Shown piece after piece: positions 21,237 through 31,423 of a stretch of DNA of 64,000 bases (positions are counted from its first letter, which is position 1; each line of letters starts with the position of its first letter). Both the position numbers and the translations under genes were made by a program. The DNA is from an uncultured delta proteobacterium (GTDB lineage Bacteria; Desulfobacterota; Binatia; DP-6). The stretch covers positions 1,312,001 through 1,376,000 of the forward strand of contig CAWFFN010000009.1 in the NCBI GenBank assembly GCA_963815115.1. Reading direction: 5' to 3'. Under the pieces are notes generated by a model, which was not told the origin of the DNA, searched no databases, and worked only from the letters and a program-made list of their open reading frames with translations.

Positions 21237-22888
21237 CGAGGGGAGTGCCATCGCTGCGGGTGATCCCGCTCGGCGGGCTCGGCGAGATCGGTCTCAATCT
21301 GCTGGTGCTCGAGTGCGGCGAGACGGCGATCGCCATCGACTGCGGGGTCATGTTTCCCGACGAGCAGATGCTCGGCATCGACGTCGTCATCCCGGACGTC
21401 ACGCATCTGCGCGCGCTGGGGCGCCGCCTGCAGGCGATCTTTCTCACGCACGGTCACGAGGACCACATCGGTGCGCTGCCCTACGTCCTGGGCGAGTTCG
21501 ACGTCCCGGTCTACGGCACGCCGCTCACCATCGGCTTCGTGCGCTCGCGCCTGCGCGAGCACGGCATCCCGGCCACCCTCGCGTGCTACCGCAGCGATCC
21601 GATCGAGGTCGGCGCGTTCACCGTCGAGCCGTTCGCGGTCACCCATTCCATCCCCGACTCGGTCGGCCTCGCGGTCCGGACGCCGGTCGGGACGGTGATC
21701 CACACCGGCGACTTCAAGCTCGACCAGACGCCGCTCGACGGCCGGCTGCCCGATCTCGGGCGCCTCGCCGAGCTGGGAGCCGAGGGCGTGCTGCTGCTGA
21801 TGTCCGACTCGACCAACGTCGAGCATCCCGGCGTGACGCCGTCGGAACGCTCGGTGGGCGCGCACCTCGAGCACATCTTCCGGGAGGCCGAGGGCCGCGT
21901 CGTCGTCACCACGTTCTCCTCGCACATCCACCGCATGCAGCAGGTGATCGACGTCGCGGTGCGCTTCGGGCGAAAGCTGGCGCTGGTCGGGCGCAGCCTC
22001 ACGTCGCACGTCGCCACCGCCCGCGATCTCGGGCTGCTCCACGTGCGGGACGACGCACTGGTCGATCTCGCGGTCGCCCGCGAGCTGCCGCGGCGCGAGG
22101 TGGCGCTCATCACGGCGGGCAGCCAGGCCGAGGCGGCCTCGGCCCTGGTGCGGATCGCGATGAACGACCACAAGCAGATCGCCCTCACGCCCGGCGACGT
22201 GGTCGTGCTCTCGTCGCGCGTCATCCCGGGAAACGAACGCGCCATCTCGAGCCTCGTGAACCACCTCTACCGGCGCGGCGCCATCGTTCACTACGGCCGC
22301 AACACCCCGATCCACGTCTCGGGGCACGCCTCGCAGGAAGAGCTGAAGCTCGTCCTGAACCTCGTCCGGCCGCAGCACTTCGTGCCCGTCCACGGCGAGT
22401 ACCGCCACCTCGTGCGCCACCTCCAGCTCGCGCGCGAGGTCGGCGTCCCCGCCGCCGGCTGCCATCTGCTCGAGGACGGCGACGTGCTCGCCCTCGGTCC
22501 CGGGGGCGCGACGCGACCCGAGCGGGTGCCGGCGGGCCGGGTGTTCGTCGACGGCAAGGGCATCGGGGAAGTCGGTGACGTGGTCCTGCGCGATCGGCGG
22601 CATCTCTCCGAGGACGGCCTCGTGCTCGCCGTCCTGGCCATTGCCCAGCAGTCGGGAGAGATCGTGGCCGGCCCCGACCTGGTGTCGCGCGGGGTGGTCG
22701 CGGAGGAGGCCCAAACCGAGGTCTTCGAGCGTGCCCGCGGCGAGGTGCTGGAGGCCCTGGGCTCGATCAACCCCGAATCGCGCACCGATCCGGCCGAGGT
22801 CCAGGAAGAGGTCCGCAAGGCTTTACGCAGGTATTTCAAGCGTCTGGACCGCCGCCCGGTCATCCTCCCCTTCGTCCTCGAGATGTAG
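21233..22888 (+). CDS. rnj: Ribonuclease J
   Basis: LGGLGEIG, THGHEDHIG, HTGDFK, HVSGHA, PVHGEYRH. Confidence 0.96.
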   Translation: MTRGVPSLRVIPLGGLGEIGLNLLVLECGETAIAIDCGVMFPDEQMLGIDVVIPDVTHLRALGRRLQAIFLTHGHEDHIGALPYVLGEFDVPVYGTPLTIGFVRSRLREHGIPATLACYRSDPIEVGAFTVEPFAVTHSIPDSVGLAVRTPVGTVIHTGDFKLDQTPLDGRLPDLGRLAELGAEGVLLLMSDSTNVEHPGVTPSERSVGAHLEHIFREAEGRVVVTTFSSHIHRMQQVIDVAVRFGRKLALVGRSLTSHVATARDLGLLHVRDDALVDLAVARELPRREVALITAGSQAEAASALVRIAMNDHKQIALTPGDVVVLSSRVIPGNERAISSLVNHLYRRGAIVHYGRNTPIHVSGHASQEELKLVLNLVRPQHFVPVHGEYRHLVRHLQLAREVGVPAAGCHLLEDGDVLALGPGGATRPERVPAGRVFVDGKGIGEVGDVVLRDRRHLSEDGLVLAVLAIAQQSGEIVAGPDLVSRGVVAEEAQTEVFERARGEVLEALGSINPESRTDPAEVQEEVRKALRRYFKRLDRRPVILPFVLEM

Positions 22889-22913
22889 TACACGAGGGCG
22901 CGGTGGTGGGGTG

Positions 22914-25247
22914 ATGGCGGCGCGGAAGCCGGCAGCGGCCGTCCCGGCGGGGCGGCACCTCTTGCGGGAGGCGGAAGCCCTCACGGGCGGCGCCGTCGCG
23001 GTGTTCGTGGCGCTCAGCCTGGTGTCGTACGCGCCCGATCTGCCGCGCCAGAACCTCGGGGGCCCTGTCGGGCATCTCCTCGCCGACACGGCGCTCCGCG
23101 CCCTCGGCATCGCGTCGTATCTCTTCCCGCTCTACCTGGGCTTCGTGGCGATCGCCCTGCTGCGGCGCAACGGCGACGACCTGGGCGGCATGCGACTGGG
23201 CGGAGCGGTGCTGCTGGTCTGCGCGGTGGCCGCCCTGGCGGGCCTGATCGGCGGGGGACGCGGGTCGGCGCGCGGCGGCGGCTGGCTGGGAGGATTTCTC
23301 GGCACGGCGCTGCACCAGCTGGTGGGTGGCCCGGGCGCCTACCTGACGCTCGCGGTGGTCATGATCACGTCGTTGGTGCTCGCCACCGGTGTCTCGGCCT
23401 TCGAGGTCACCGAGCGCTTCGCGCGCTGGGGGTTCGCGCGCGTCGGTGCCGGCGTGCGCTGGGGCGTCGGCCGGTTGCGCCGGCGTGCGCCGGCCGAGGA
23501 GGCGGAGCCGGCGGCGGTGCGCGCCCTGCGCCCGGCCGCTCGTCTGCCGATCTCGCTCGACGAGCCCGTCGACGAACTGCCCGAGCGCCGCAAGGCCCAG
23601 CCCCAGGGCCCGCGCGGCGACGATCCGCCACCGATCATCCGCGAGCCGGAGCGCAGGCCGGAGCCGCCCAAGCGCGAGCGGCCGCGACGGCTCGAGAGCC
23701 AGCAGGAGCTCTTCGGTGAGGACACCTATCGGCTGCCGCCGCCGAGCCTCCTCGATCCGCCGCCGAAGAGCAGCCAGCCCATCGACGAGGCCGCGCTCCT
23801 CACCAGCTCCCGCATCCTCGAGAACAAGCTCGCCGACTTCGGTGTCGCCGGCAAGGTGGTCGCCGTCCGTCCCGGCCCGGTCATCACCACCTTCGAGTTC
23901 GAGCCGGCGCCCGGCGTCAAGGTGAGCCGGATCGTCAACCTGGCCGACGATCTCACCATGGCGCTGCGCGCGGCGTCGGTGCGCATCCTGGCGCCCATTC
24001 CCGGCAAGCCCGTGGTCGGCGTCGAGGTGTCCAATCCGCGCCGCGAGACGGTCTTCATCAGGGAGCTGCTGCAGGGAGACGCCTACCGCCACGCGGAGTC
24101 GAAGCTCACCCTCGCCATCGGCAAGGACACCACCGGCAACGTCTGCGTGCACGACCTCGCCCGCATGCCGCACCTGCTGATCGCGGGCGCCACCGGGACG
24201 GGCAAGTCGGTATCGATGAACGCCATGATCCTGAGCATTCTCTTCAAGGCGTCGCCGCGGGACGTCCGCATGATCATGATCGACCCCAAGATGCTCGAGC
24301 TGTCGGTCTTCGAGCACATTCCGCATCTCCTCGTGCCCGTCGTGACCAACCCGAAGAAAGCGTCGGCGGCGCTCGCGAACATGGTGAAGGAGATGGAGGA
24401 GCGCTACCGCCTGCTGCACGACAAGGGCGTGCGTAACGTCGACGGCTACAACCGCCTGGTGGCGCAGGCGGCCGAGGCCGCGGGCGAGGTGCAAGAGGAC
24501 GACAGCGCCGAATCCGAGCCGGCCGAGGACCTGGAAGAGGTCGCCGTGCCCGAGACCGGCAACGGTGCGGAGGGCGGCCCGCTCGTGCACCGGCATCTCC
24601 CGCGGGTGGTGGTGATCATCGACGAGCTGGCCGACCTGATGCTCACGGTCGGTCACGAGATCGAGGAGTCGATCACGCGCCTGGCGCAGAAGGCGCGGGC
24701 CGCGGGCATCCACCTCATTCTCGCCACGCAACGCCCGTCGGTCGACGTGATCACCGGACTCATCAAGGCCAACTTCCCGGCTCGCATCTCCTTCCAGGTG
24801 ACGTCCGGCACCAACTCGCGCACCATCCTCGACTGCGTGGGCGCCGAGCGCTTGCTCGGGGAGGGCGACATGCTCTTCCTGCCACCCGGCACGGCCCGCG
24901 TGACGCGGCTGCACGGAGCCTTCGTCTCCGACCAGGACGTTCACCGGGTCGTCGACTTCATCAAGCGCCAGGAGCAGCCGCGCTACGAGCTCCAGCTCCT
25001 CGAGGGCGAGGACGAGGACGAGGCCGGAGGGGACGACGTCGAGGACTTCTCCGACGAGCTCTACGACCTCGCCGTGCAGCAGGTGACGGAGCACCGCCAG
25101 GCGTCGATCTCGTGGCTCCAGCGGCGGCTGCGCGTCGGCTACAACCGCGCGGCGCGCATGATCGAGCGCATGGAACGCGAGGGCGTGGTCTCCGCACCGT
25201 CCGGAGCGAAGGGCCGCGAGGTCGTTGCCCGCCGCGTCGACGGCTGA
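22914..25247 (+). CDS. ftsK: DNA translocase FtsK
   Basis: N-terminal TM segments, GATGTGKS, IIDELADLM, ATQRPS, gamma domain GYNRAAR. Confidence 0.97.
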   Translation: MAARKPAAAVPAGRHLLREAEALTGGAVAVFVALSLVSYAPDLPRQNLGGPVGHLLADTALRALGIASYLFPLYLGFVAIALLRRNGDDLGGMRLGGAVLLVCAVAALAGLIGGGRGSARGGGWLGGFLGTALHQLVGGPGAYLTLAVVMITSLVLATGVSAFEVTERFARWGFARVGAGVRWGVGRLRRRAPAEEAEPAAVRALRPAARLPISLDEPVDELPERRKAQPQGPRGDDPPPIIREPERRPEPPKRERPRRLESQQELFGEDTYRLPPPSLLDPPPKSSQPIDEAALLTSSRILENKLADFGVAGKVVAVRPGPVITTFEFEPAPGVKVSRIVNLADDLTMALRAASVRILAPIPGKPVVGVEVSNPRRETVFIRELLQGDAYRHAESKLTLAIGKDTTGNVCVHDLARMPHLLIAGATGTGKSVSMNAMILSILFKASPRDVRMIMIDPKMLELSVFEHIPHLLVPVVTNPKKASAALANMVKEMEERYRLLHDKGVRNVDGYNRLVAQAAEAAGEVQEDDSAESEPAEDLEEVAVPETGNGAEGGPLVHRHLPRVVVIIDELADLMLTVGHEIEESITRLAQKARAAGIHLILATQRPSVDVITGLIKANFPARISFQVTSGTNSRTILDCVGAERLLGEGDMLFLPPGTARVTRLHGAFVSDQDVHRVVDFIKRQEQPRYELQLLEGEDEDEAGGDDVEDFSDELYDLAVQQVTEHRQASISWLQRRLRVGYNRAARMIERMEREGVVSAPSGAKGREVVARRVDG

Positions 25248-26427
25248 GGCGCTGCCGCCGCTCTACACGCGCGCCTTCTGGACGGCGTGCGCCGTGCATC
25301 TGACGGGGGCCCTCAGCCTCGCCATGTTCGTGCTGATCCCGCTGCTGGTGCGGGCGCTCGGCGGCAGCGATCTCACCATCGGGCTGGTGCTGGGCGTCTC
25401 CAGCGCCGCCAGCGTGGCGACGCGGCCGCTGGTGGGGATGTTGCTCGACGCCGCCGGCCGCCGTCCCGTGCTGCTCGCCGCGGGGGCGCTGAACGTGCTC
25501 TCCTGGCTGCCGTTCCTCGCGCTCCGAACCCCCGGTGCGTGGCTGTTTGCCTGCGCCACGGCGCACGCGATCGTCTGGGGCGCGCTCTTCGCGGCCTACT
25601 TCACCTACGCCGCCGACCTGACGCCACCGACCCGGCGCGCGGAGGGCATCGCCGTGTTCGGCGTCTTCGGGATGGCGGCAAACGGACTCGGGCCGATGCT
25701 GGGCGAGGGCATCATCGCGGGCCGGGGCTTCCCGGCCTTCTTTTTCACCGCAGCTGCCTTCGGCCTCGCGTCCCTCGCGCTGACGACGCTGGTGCCGTCG
25801 CGGCCCGCGGCGCTGCGCGCGTCCGACGCCGTGCCGCACGCGGGCAGACGATCGCTGCTCGCCGCCGCCACGCAGCCGGGCATGCCGCGCGTGCTGGCGG
25901 TCACCGTGGTCCTCGGGGTGGCCATCAACGCGGCGTTCTTCTTCGTGGCCCCGTTCACCCGTGACGTCGGGCTCACGCGCAGCGGTCCGTTCTACGCGTC
26001 CTACGCCGCCACGAGCATCGTGATCCGGCTGCTCGGACGGCGCGCGCTCGACGCCCTCGGCCCGCACCTCGTCTCCTATCCGGCGTTCGCCATCTTCGGC
26101 CTCGGTCTCGCCGGGCTGGTGCGGCTGCCCGCACCCGGCGTGCTCGTGCTGTGCGGCGCCGCCTGCGGCCTGGGGCACGGCACGCTCTTCCCCGTGCTCA
26201 ATGCGCTCGCCATCACCCGAGCGCCGGGCCGCCTCCAGGGCACGGTGGTGAGCCTCCACACCGCGGCGCTCGACCTGGGCGCCGTGGTGGGAACGCCGCT
26301 CTGCGGGCTCCTCGCCGAGCGCGCCGGCTTCCCGGTGATGTTCCAGATCATGGGTGCCGCGTGCCTGCTCGGCGCCGGCCTGATGGCGATGGATCCCGCA
26401 CGCTCGGGGCGGAGGCGGATGCCCTGA
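25225..26427 (+). CDS. MFS transporter
   Basis: About 12 hydrophobic segments; motif-A-like GMLLDAAGRR; start uncertain. Confidence 0.85.
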   Translation: MPAASTAEALPPLYTRAFWTACAVHLTGALSLAMFVLIPLLVRALGGSDLTIGLVLGVSSAASVATRPLVGMLLDAAGRRPVLLAAGALNVLSWLPFLALRTPGAWLFACATAHAIVWGALFAAYFTYAADLTPPTRRAEGIAVFGVFGMAANGLGPMLGEGIIAGRGFPAFFFTAAAFGLASLALTTLVPSRPAALRASDAVPHAGRRSLLAAATQPGMPRVLAVTVVLGVAINAAFFFVAPFTRDVGLTRSGPFYASYAATSIVIRLLGRRALDALGPHLVSYPAFAIFGLGLAGLVRLPAPGVLVLCGAACGLGHGTLFPVLNALAITRAPGRLQGTVVSLHTAALDLGAVVGTPLCGLLAERAGFPVMFQIMGAACLLGAGLMAMDPARSGRRRMP

Positions 26428-26508
26428 GCCGCGGTGGTGGCACCGGCCTGCGCCGCAGGCCACCGTCCGCCCTTGCGCTGCTCGGGGTCGACCTGTAGCG
26501 GTCCCTCC

Positions 26509-27153
26509 ATGCGACCCAGAGCCGGGGTGGCCCTTGCCATCCTCGTCCTCGCCGTGCCCGCCCACGCCGACGCCCTCAGGAACGTGCTGGCCCGCCTCCA
26601 GGCGCGCTACGACGGCACCGACACGATGCAGGCCGATTTTCGCCAGACCGTCGAGTCGAAGACGCTGGCCGGGACGCTCGAGAGCAAGGGGAAAGTGGCC
26701 TTCTCGAAGCCGAACCGCATGCGCTGGGACTACGATCCGCCCGACGCGCAGACCATCGTCGGCGACGGCGACACGCTCTGGATCTACCAGCCCGATCTGA
26801 AACAGGTGATCAAGGCGCCGCTCTCCCAGGCGTTCCAGTCGAGCACGCCGGTGAGCTTCCTGGCCGGGCTCGGGCGGGTCGAGCGCGACTTCGATGCGAC
26901 TCTCGAGCGGGAGGACCCCGAGCAGTGGCTGCTGAAGCTCGTCCCGAAGCAGAAGCAGGCGGGCGTGGGTCTCCTCGAGCTGGGGGTACGGAAGTCCGAC
27001 GCCAGCGTGGCGGAGGCGAGGGTGACCGACGCGGCCGGCACCACCACGCGCATCTTCTTCACGGACGAGCGCCGCAACGTGACCCTCGAGCCGGACCTGT
27101 TCCGCTTCTCGCCGCCGCCAGGGGTTGACGTGGTGAAGCCCCCGACCTATTGA
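26509..27153 (+). CDS. lolA: Outer membrane lipoprotein carrier protein
   Basis: Signal peptide, ADFRQ, KPNRMRWDY, GDGDTLWIYQP, FRFSPPPG; downstream of ftsK. Confidence 0.9.
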   Translation: MRPRAGVALAILVLAVPAHADALRNVLARLQARYDGTDTMQADFRQTVESKTLAGTLESKGKVAFSKPNRMRWDYDPPDAQTIVGDGDTLWIYQPDLKQVIKAPLSQAFQSSTPVSFLAGLGRVERDFDATLEREDPEQWLLKLVPKQKQAGVGLLELGVRKSDASVAEARVTDAAGTTTRIFFTDERRNVTLEPDLFRFSPPPGVDVVKPPTY

Positions 27154-27162
27154 GCGCGCCCC

Positions 27163-27648
27163 ATGCCGTCGTTCGACGTGGTGTGCAAGCTCGACCTGCA
27201 GGAGGTCGACAACGCCATCAACCAGACGCTGAAGGAGGTCGGGCAGCGCTTCGACTTCAAGGGAACGCCCACCGAGGTGCGGCGTGAGGAGTTCGCCCTC
27301 CAGCTGCGCTCGGCCGACGATTTCAAGGTCCGTGCGCTCGCCGACATCCTGCGCGAGAAGCTCGCGCGCCGGCAGGTGCCGCTGCGGGCGTTGCAGGACG
27401 GACCCCTCGAGCCCGGTCCCGCGGGTTCGTCGAAGCAGCGCCTCGATCTCCAGCAGGGAATCGCGATCGACAAGGCACGCGAGATCGTCAAGCTGGTGAA
27501 GGAGGCGAAGCTGAAGGTGCAGGTCGCGATCCAGGGCGATCAGGTGCGCGTCACGGGCAAGAAGCGCGACGACCTGCAGGCCGTGATGAAGCTGCTGCGC
27601 GAGGGTGACCTCGGCATCGCCATGCAGTTCGTCAACTTCCGGGACTGA
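27163..27648 (+). CDS. yajQ: YajQ family nucleotide/c-di-GMP-binding protein
   Basis: MPSFDVV, RFDFKG, VRVTGKKRDDLQ, FVNFRD. Confidence 0.95.
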   Translation: MPSFDVVCKLDLQEVDNAINQTLKEVGQRFDFKGTPTEVRREEFALQLRSADDFKVRALADILREKLARRQVPLRALQDGPLEPGPAGSSKQRLDLQQGIAIDKAREIVKLVKEAKLKVQVAIQGDQVRVTGKKRDDLQAVMKLLREGDLGIAMQFVNFRD

Positions 27649-27652
27649 CGGC

Positions 27653-29023
27653 GTGGAACCGCGCCGCCGCATCCACGTCACCACGCTGGGGTGCCCCAAG
27701 AACCAGGTGGACAGCGAGGTCATGCTCGGCGTGCTGACGCGCGCCGGTCACGAGATCGTGCTCGATCCGGACGCCGCCGACGTGCTGGTGGTGAACACGT
27801 GCGCCTTCATCGGACCGGCGAAGGAGGAGTCGATCGACGCCGTCCTGGAGGCGGCGCGGGTCAAGGCCGCGCGCGAGGGCCGCCGCCTGGTGGTCACCGG
27901 CTGCCTGGCCCAGCGCTACGCCGACGACCTCGCGCGCGAGCTGCCCGAGGTCGATGCCCTGGTCGGCACCGGCGGGCTGACGCGCATCGCCGAGGCGGTG
28001 ACGGGCCCGGCGGCCGCTGCCCCCGTCGTCTATCGCGGTGCCCAGCACGAGCTGCCGGCCCACGGCGTGTCGCCGCGCGTGCGGGCGGGTGCCTGGTGGA
28101 CGGCGTACCTGAAGGTCTCCGAGGGCTGCGATCACCGCTGTAGCTTCTGCATCATCCCGAAGATCCGGGGCCGGCACGAGAGCCGTTCCCTGGCGGACGT
28201 CGTCCAGGAAGCCGAGCATCTGGCGGCCGACGGTGCGCTCGAGCTCAACCTCATCGCCCAGGACCTGACCGCCTATGGGCGCGACCTGCGCGACGGGACG
28301 ACGCTTGCCATGCTGCTGCGCGCGCTCGCGGTACGGGTGCCGGGGGTGCGCTGGTTGCGGCTCCTGTACGCCTACCCGTCGTCGGTGACCGACGACCTGC
28401 TCGAGGTGATCGGGGACGAGCCCGCGGTGTGCACGTACCTCGACATGCCGCTGCAGCACGTCGCGGACGGCATGCTGCGGGCGATGCGACGCGAGCGCAC
28501 GGGAGCCGCGCTGCGGGCGCTCGTGCGTCGCATCCGGCGAGCCGTTCCCGGCATCACCCTGCGCTCGTCGTTCATCGTCGGCTTCCCGGGAGAGCGCGAG
28601 GCGGACGTCGACGAGCTGTGCGCGTTCCTGGAGGAGTTCGAGCTCGACCGGGTCGGGGTGTTCCGATACTCGCGCGAGGAGGGTACGGCGGCTGCGACCC
28701 ACGCCGAGCAGATCCCGGAGCGCGTCAAGCGTCGCCGCTGGGAACGCGTCATGGCCATTCAGGCGCGGGTGGCCGCCGCCCGGTCGCGGGCACAGATCGG
28801 CCGCGAGCTGGAAGTGCTCATCGAGGGCGACGGCGCGCGTCCCGGTACGCTCGTCGGGCGCACCCGGGACCAGGCGCCGGAGATCGACGGCATCGTGACG
28901 GTGCACGGGGAAGGGTCTCCGGGAGACCTCGTCCGGGTCCGCATCACGGGCGCCGACACCTACGATCTCGTCGGCTCCATGCTCGAGACGACCGGCGTTG
29001 ACTTGGGTGGTACGAGGCTCTAG
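27653..29023 (+). CDS. rimO: Ribosomal protein S12 methylthiotransferase
   Basis: LGCPKNQVDSE, NTCAFI, CDHRCSFC, QAPEIDG. Confidence 0.95.
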   Translation: MEPRRRIHVTTLGCPKNQVDSEVMLGVLTRAGHEIVLDPDAADVLVVNTCAFIGPAKEESIDAVLEAARVKAAREGRRLVVTGCLAQRYADDLARELPEVDALVGTGGLTRIAEAVTGPAAAAPVVYRGAQHELPAHGVSPRVRAGAWWTAYLKVSEGCDHRCSFCIIPKIRGRHESRSLADVVQEAEHLAADGALELNLIAQDLTAYGRDLRDGTTLAMLLRALAVRVPGVRWLRLLYAYPSSVTDDLLEVIGDEPAVCTYLDMPLQHVADGMLRAMRRERTGAALRALVRRIRRAVPGITLRSSFIVGFPGEREADVDELCAFLEEFELDRVGVFRYSREEGTAAATHAEQIPERVKRRRWERVMAIQARVAAARSRAQIGRELEVLIEGDGARPGTLVGRTRDQAPEIDGIVTVHGEGSPGDLVRVRITGADTYDLVGSMLETTGVDLGGTRL

Positions 29024-29026
29024 ATT
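28998..29026 (+). promoter_or_regulatory. Putative sigma70 promoter of the dksA-like gene, inside the rimO 3' end
   Basis: TTGACT-N17-TAGATT. Confidence 0.6.
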
Positions 29027-29056
29027 CCCGCCCCCTCGAGGAGGGGGGGTAGGACG

Positions 29057-29482
29057 ATGCGCAAGGCGTTTCTCAAGAAAGCGCGGGACACGCTCGAAGA
29101 GATGCGCGCACAGCTCCTCCGGAGCGTCCAGCAGGACCTGAACGAGGTCCGCGATCAGAGCAAGGACGAGGGGATGGATACCTACGACCTTGCCAGCGAC
29201 GCTCGCGACAAGGAGATCAACCTCATCCTGGGCGACCGCGACCGTGAGAAGGTCCAGGCCATCGACGAGGCGTTCGGCCGCATCGATGACGGTAGCTATG
29301 GCATCTGCGAGAGCTGCGAGGGCGAGATCGCCGAGGCGCGGCTGCAGGCCCTGCCCTTCACTCGCCTGTGCGTCAACTGCCAGGCCGAGCGGGAGCGTGA
29401 GCTGAAGCTGAACCGCCGGTTCGAGGAGAACCGCGGCGTGCGCCACCTCGGCACCAGCGACGGCGAGGACGAGGGCACCTAG
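29057..29482 (+). CDS. dksA: TraR/DksA family RNA polymerase-binding factor
   Basis: DxxDxA (DTYDLA), YGICESC...CVNC zinc finger. Confidence 0.88.
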   Translation: MRKAFLKKARDTLEEMRAQLLRSVQQDLNEVRDQSKDEGMDTYDLASDARDKEINLILGDRDREKVQAIDEAFGRIDDGSYGICESCEGEIAEARLQALPFTRLCVNCQAERERELKLNRRFEENRGVRHLGTSDGEDEGT

Positions 29483-29514
29483 GCCGTTTCCGCTCGGGCG
29501 ATGGCGAGCGTCGC

Positions 29515-29533
29515 GCCTCCGATGGTCGGAGGC
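29515..29533. terminator. Hairpin between convergent dksA and Yip1 genes
   Basis: GCCTCCGA-tgg-TCGGAGGC. Confidence 0.4.
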
Positions 29534-29539
29534 GGCAGG

Positions 29540-30058
29540 CTAGGGGTGCCAGCCGCGTAGCCCGATGGCCAGGACGAGCAGCGCCGCGCTCTTCACCCCC
29601 ACCGCGAGCACGGCGCGGGTCGTGTCGAACTGCTGCACCCGCTCGACACCGCGCACCTGGAGATACCAGGAGTAGAGGAGGGCGAGCACCCAGACCCTGG
29701 GGATCCAGAGGAAGGCGACGGGTGCCGCGGCGTACGCCACGACCCGGAACATCGGCTCGAAGCCGGCCCGGCCGTCGAACAGGTTCTGCGCCACCAGGGT
29801 GAGCGCCGCGGCCGCCACGAAGGCGGCTGCCATCACGGCGACGAAGGTCCCGACCACGGCGCCGATCCTCCACGAGAAGAGGAGGGTGCCGACGGCGTCC
29901 ACGGCCGCACAGACGGCCAGGAAGGCGAGCGGCTCCTGGAGGCCGCCGGCCTGCGCCATATCGGCGAAGAAGCTCCGCGGGTCGCTCATCACGCGACGCC
30001 AGGTGTCGACGAAGCCGGTCGCGGGCGGCGGTAGGGCCTCGAAGCTCGGCGTGGACAT
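29540..30058 (-). CDS. Yip1-family membrane protein
   Basis: FVDTWRRVMSDPRSFF, EPLAFL, FEPMFRVVAYA; multiple TM segments. Confidence 0.75.
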   Translation of the reverse strand: MSTPSFEALPPPATGFVDTWRRVMSDPRSFFADMAQAGGLQEPLAFLAVCAAVDAVGTLLFSWRIGAVVGTFVAVMAAAFVAAAALTLVAQNLFDGRAGFEPMFRVVAYAAAPVAFLWIPRVWVLALLYSWYLQVRGVERVQQFDTTRAVLAVGVKSAALLVLAIGLRGWHP

Positions 30059-30094
30059 GGTTCGGTGGTATAGCGACGACGGTTGCGCGCGTCC

Positions 30095-31411
30095 ATGAGC
30101 ACGACCGCGCTGCGCGCAGCGGCGCACGCCTGCTTCGATGCCGCCCTGGCGGCCGTGGAGCCGGGACGGCTCGTGACGGCGGCGCTCGCGCGCGACGGCG
30201 GCCGGCTCGAGCTCCGGCTCGGGGCCACCGTCGCCGTCCACCGCGGCCCGGTGCTCCTGGCCGGCGCTGGCAAGGCGGCACGGTCGATGGCGTGCGCGGC
30301 GGCGACGGTGGTGCGGCCGCGAGGGGGGATCGTGATCGTGCCCCACGCGCAGACCGGCGCGCTCCCCGGCGCGGTGGAGATTCTCGGCGGCGCTCATCCG
30401 ATACCGGACTCCGCCGGGGAGGCCGGCACGGCGAAGCTGCTGGAGCTGGTCAAATCTGCTGGCGCCGACACCCTGGTGGTGGTGCTCCTCAGCGGCGGCG
30501 CCTCGGCGCTCCTGGTTGCGCCCGCGCCGGGGATCGTCCTTGCCGACAAGCAGGCCGTCACCACGGCGCTGCTCGAGTCGGGAGCGGACGTGTCGGCGAT
30601 GAACGTCGTTCGACGGCACTGCTCGCGAGTGAAGGGAGGCGGCCTGCTGCGGGCCGCGCGCCGCGCCCGCGCGGTCTGGACGCTGCTGCTCTCCGACGTC
30701 GTCGGCGACGATCCGGCGACGATCGGGTCCGGTCCGACCGCGGCCGATCCGACGACCTTCGCCGATGCGCTCGCCGTGCTCCGGCGATGGCTTGCGCCGG
30801 ACGTCGTCCCGCCGCGGATACGCGCACGCCTCGAGGCCGGCGCCGCCGGCACCGCTCCGGAAACGCTCAAGCCGGGCGATCCGATCCTGGCGCGCGCGAG
30901 ACTCGAGATGCTGGCCGACAACCGGACCGCGGTGGCGGCGGCGGCGGATGCCGCGCGCATGCGCGGCTTCGAGCCACGCGTGCTCTCCGAGCCGCTCGTC
31001 GGGGATGCCGCGTCCGCGGGCCACCTCATCGTGGCCCGCCTCATGGAGGGGCCCTCGACTCGCCCCGTCGCCGTCATCGCCGGTGGCGAGACCACGGTCC
31101 GCGTCGTGCGTGGCGGCAGCGGCGGTCGTTCGCAGCATCTGGCGCTGGCCGCGGCCGTGGTCCTCGAGGGTCTCCAGGGGGTGGTGCTGGCGGCGGGGAC
31201 GGATGGTGTCGACGGGCCGACCGGTGCCGCCGGGGCATGCGTCGACGGTGGGACGGTGACGCGCGCCCGCGCCCGCGGGTTCGATCCGCTTGCGGCGCTC
31301 GCTGCGACCGCGAGCCACCCCGTCCTCGACGCCGCGGGGGATCTGCTGCGGACCGGCGCCACCGGCACCAACGTGGCCGACCTGGTGGTTGCCCTGCGGC
31401 CCGCGTGCTAA
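30095..31411 (+). CDS. Glycerate 2-kinase (MOFRL/TtuD-GckA family)
   Basis: GAGKAA, HPIPD, LSGGASAL, SDVVGDD, GGETTV, TGTNVAD. Confidence 0.92.
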   Translation: MSTTALRAAAHACFDAALAAVEPGRLVTAALARDGGRLELRLGATVAVHRGPVLLAGAGKAARSMACAAATVVRPRGGIVIVPHAQTGALPGAVEILGGAHPIPDSAGEAGTAKLLELVKSAGADTLVVVLLSGGASALLVAPAPGIVLADKQAVTTALLESGADVSAMNVVRRHCSRVKGGGLLRAARRARAVWTLLLSDVVGDDPATIGSGPTAADPTTFADALAVLRRWLAPDVVPPRIRARLEAGAAGTAPETLKPGDPILARARLEMLADNRTAVAAAADAARMRGFEPRVLSEPLVGDAASAGHLIVARLMEGPSTRPVAVIAGGETTVRVVRGGSGGRSQHLALAAAVVLEGLQGVVLAAGTDGVDGPTGAAGACVDGGTVTRARARGFDPLAALAATASHPVLDAAGDLLRTGATGTNVADLVVALRPAC

Positions 31412-31423
31412 GCGGAGGCGGCG

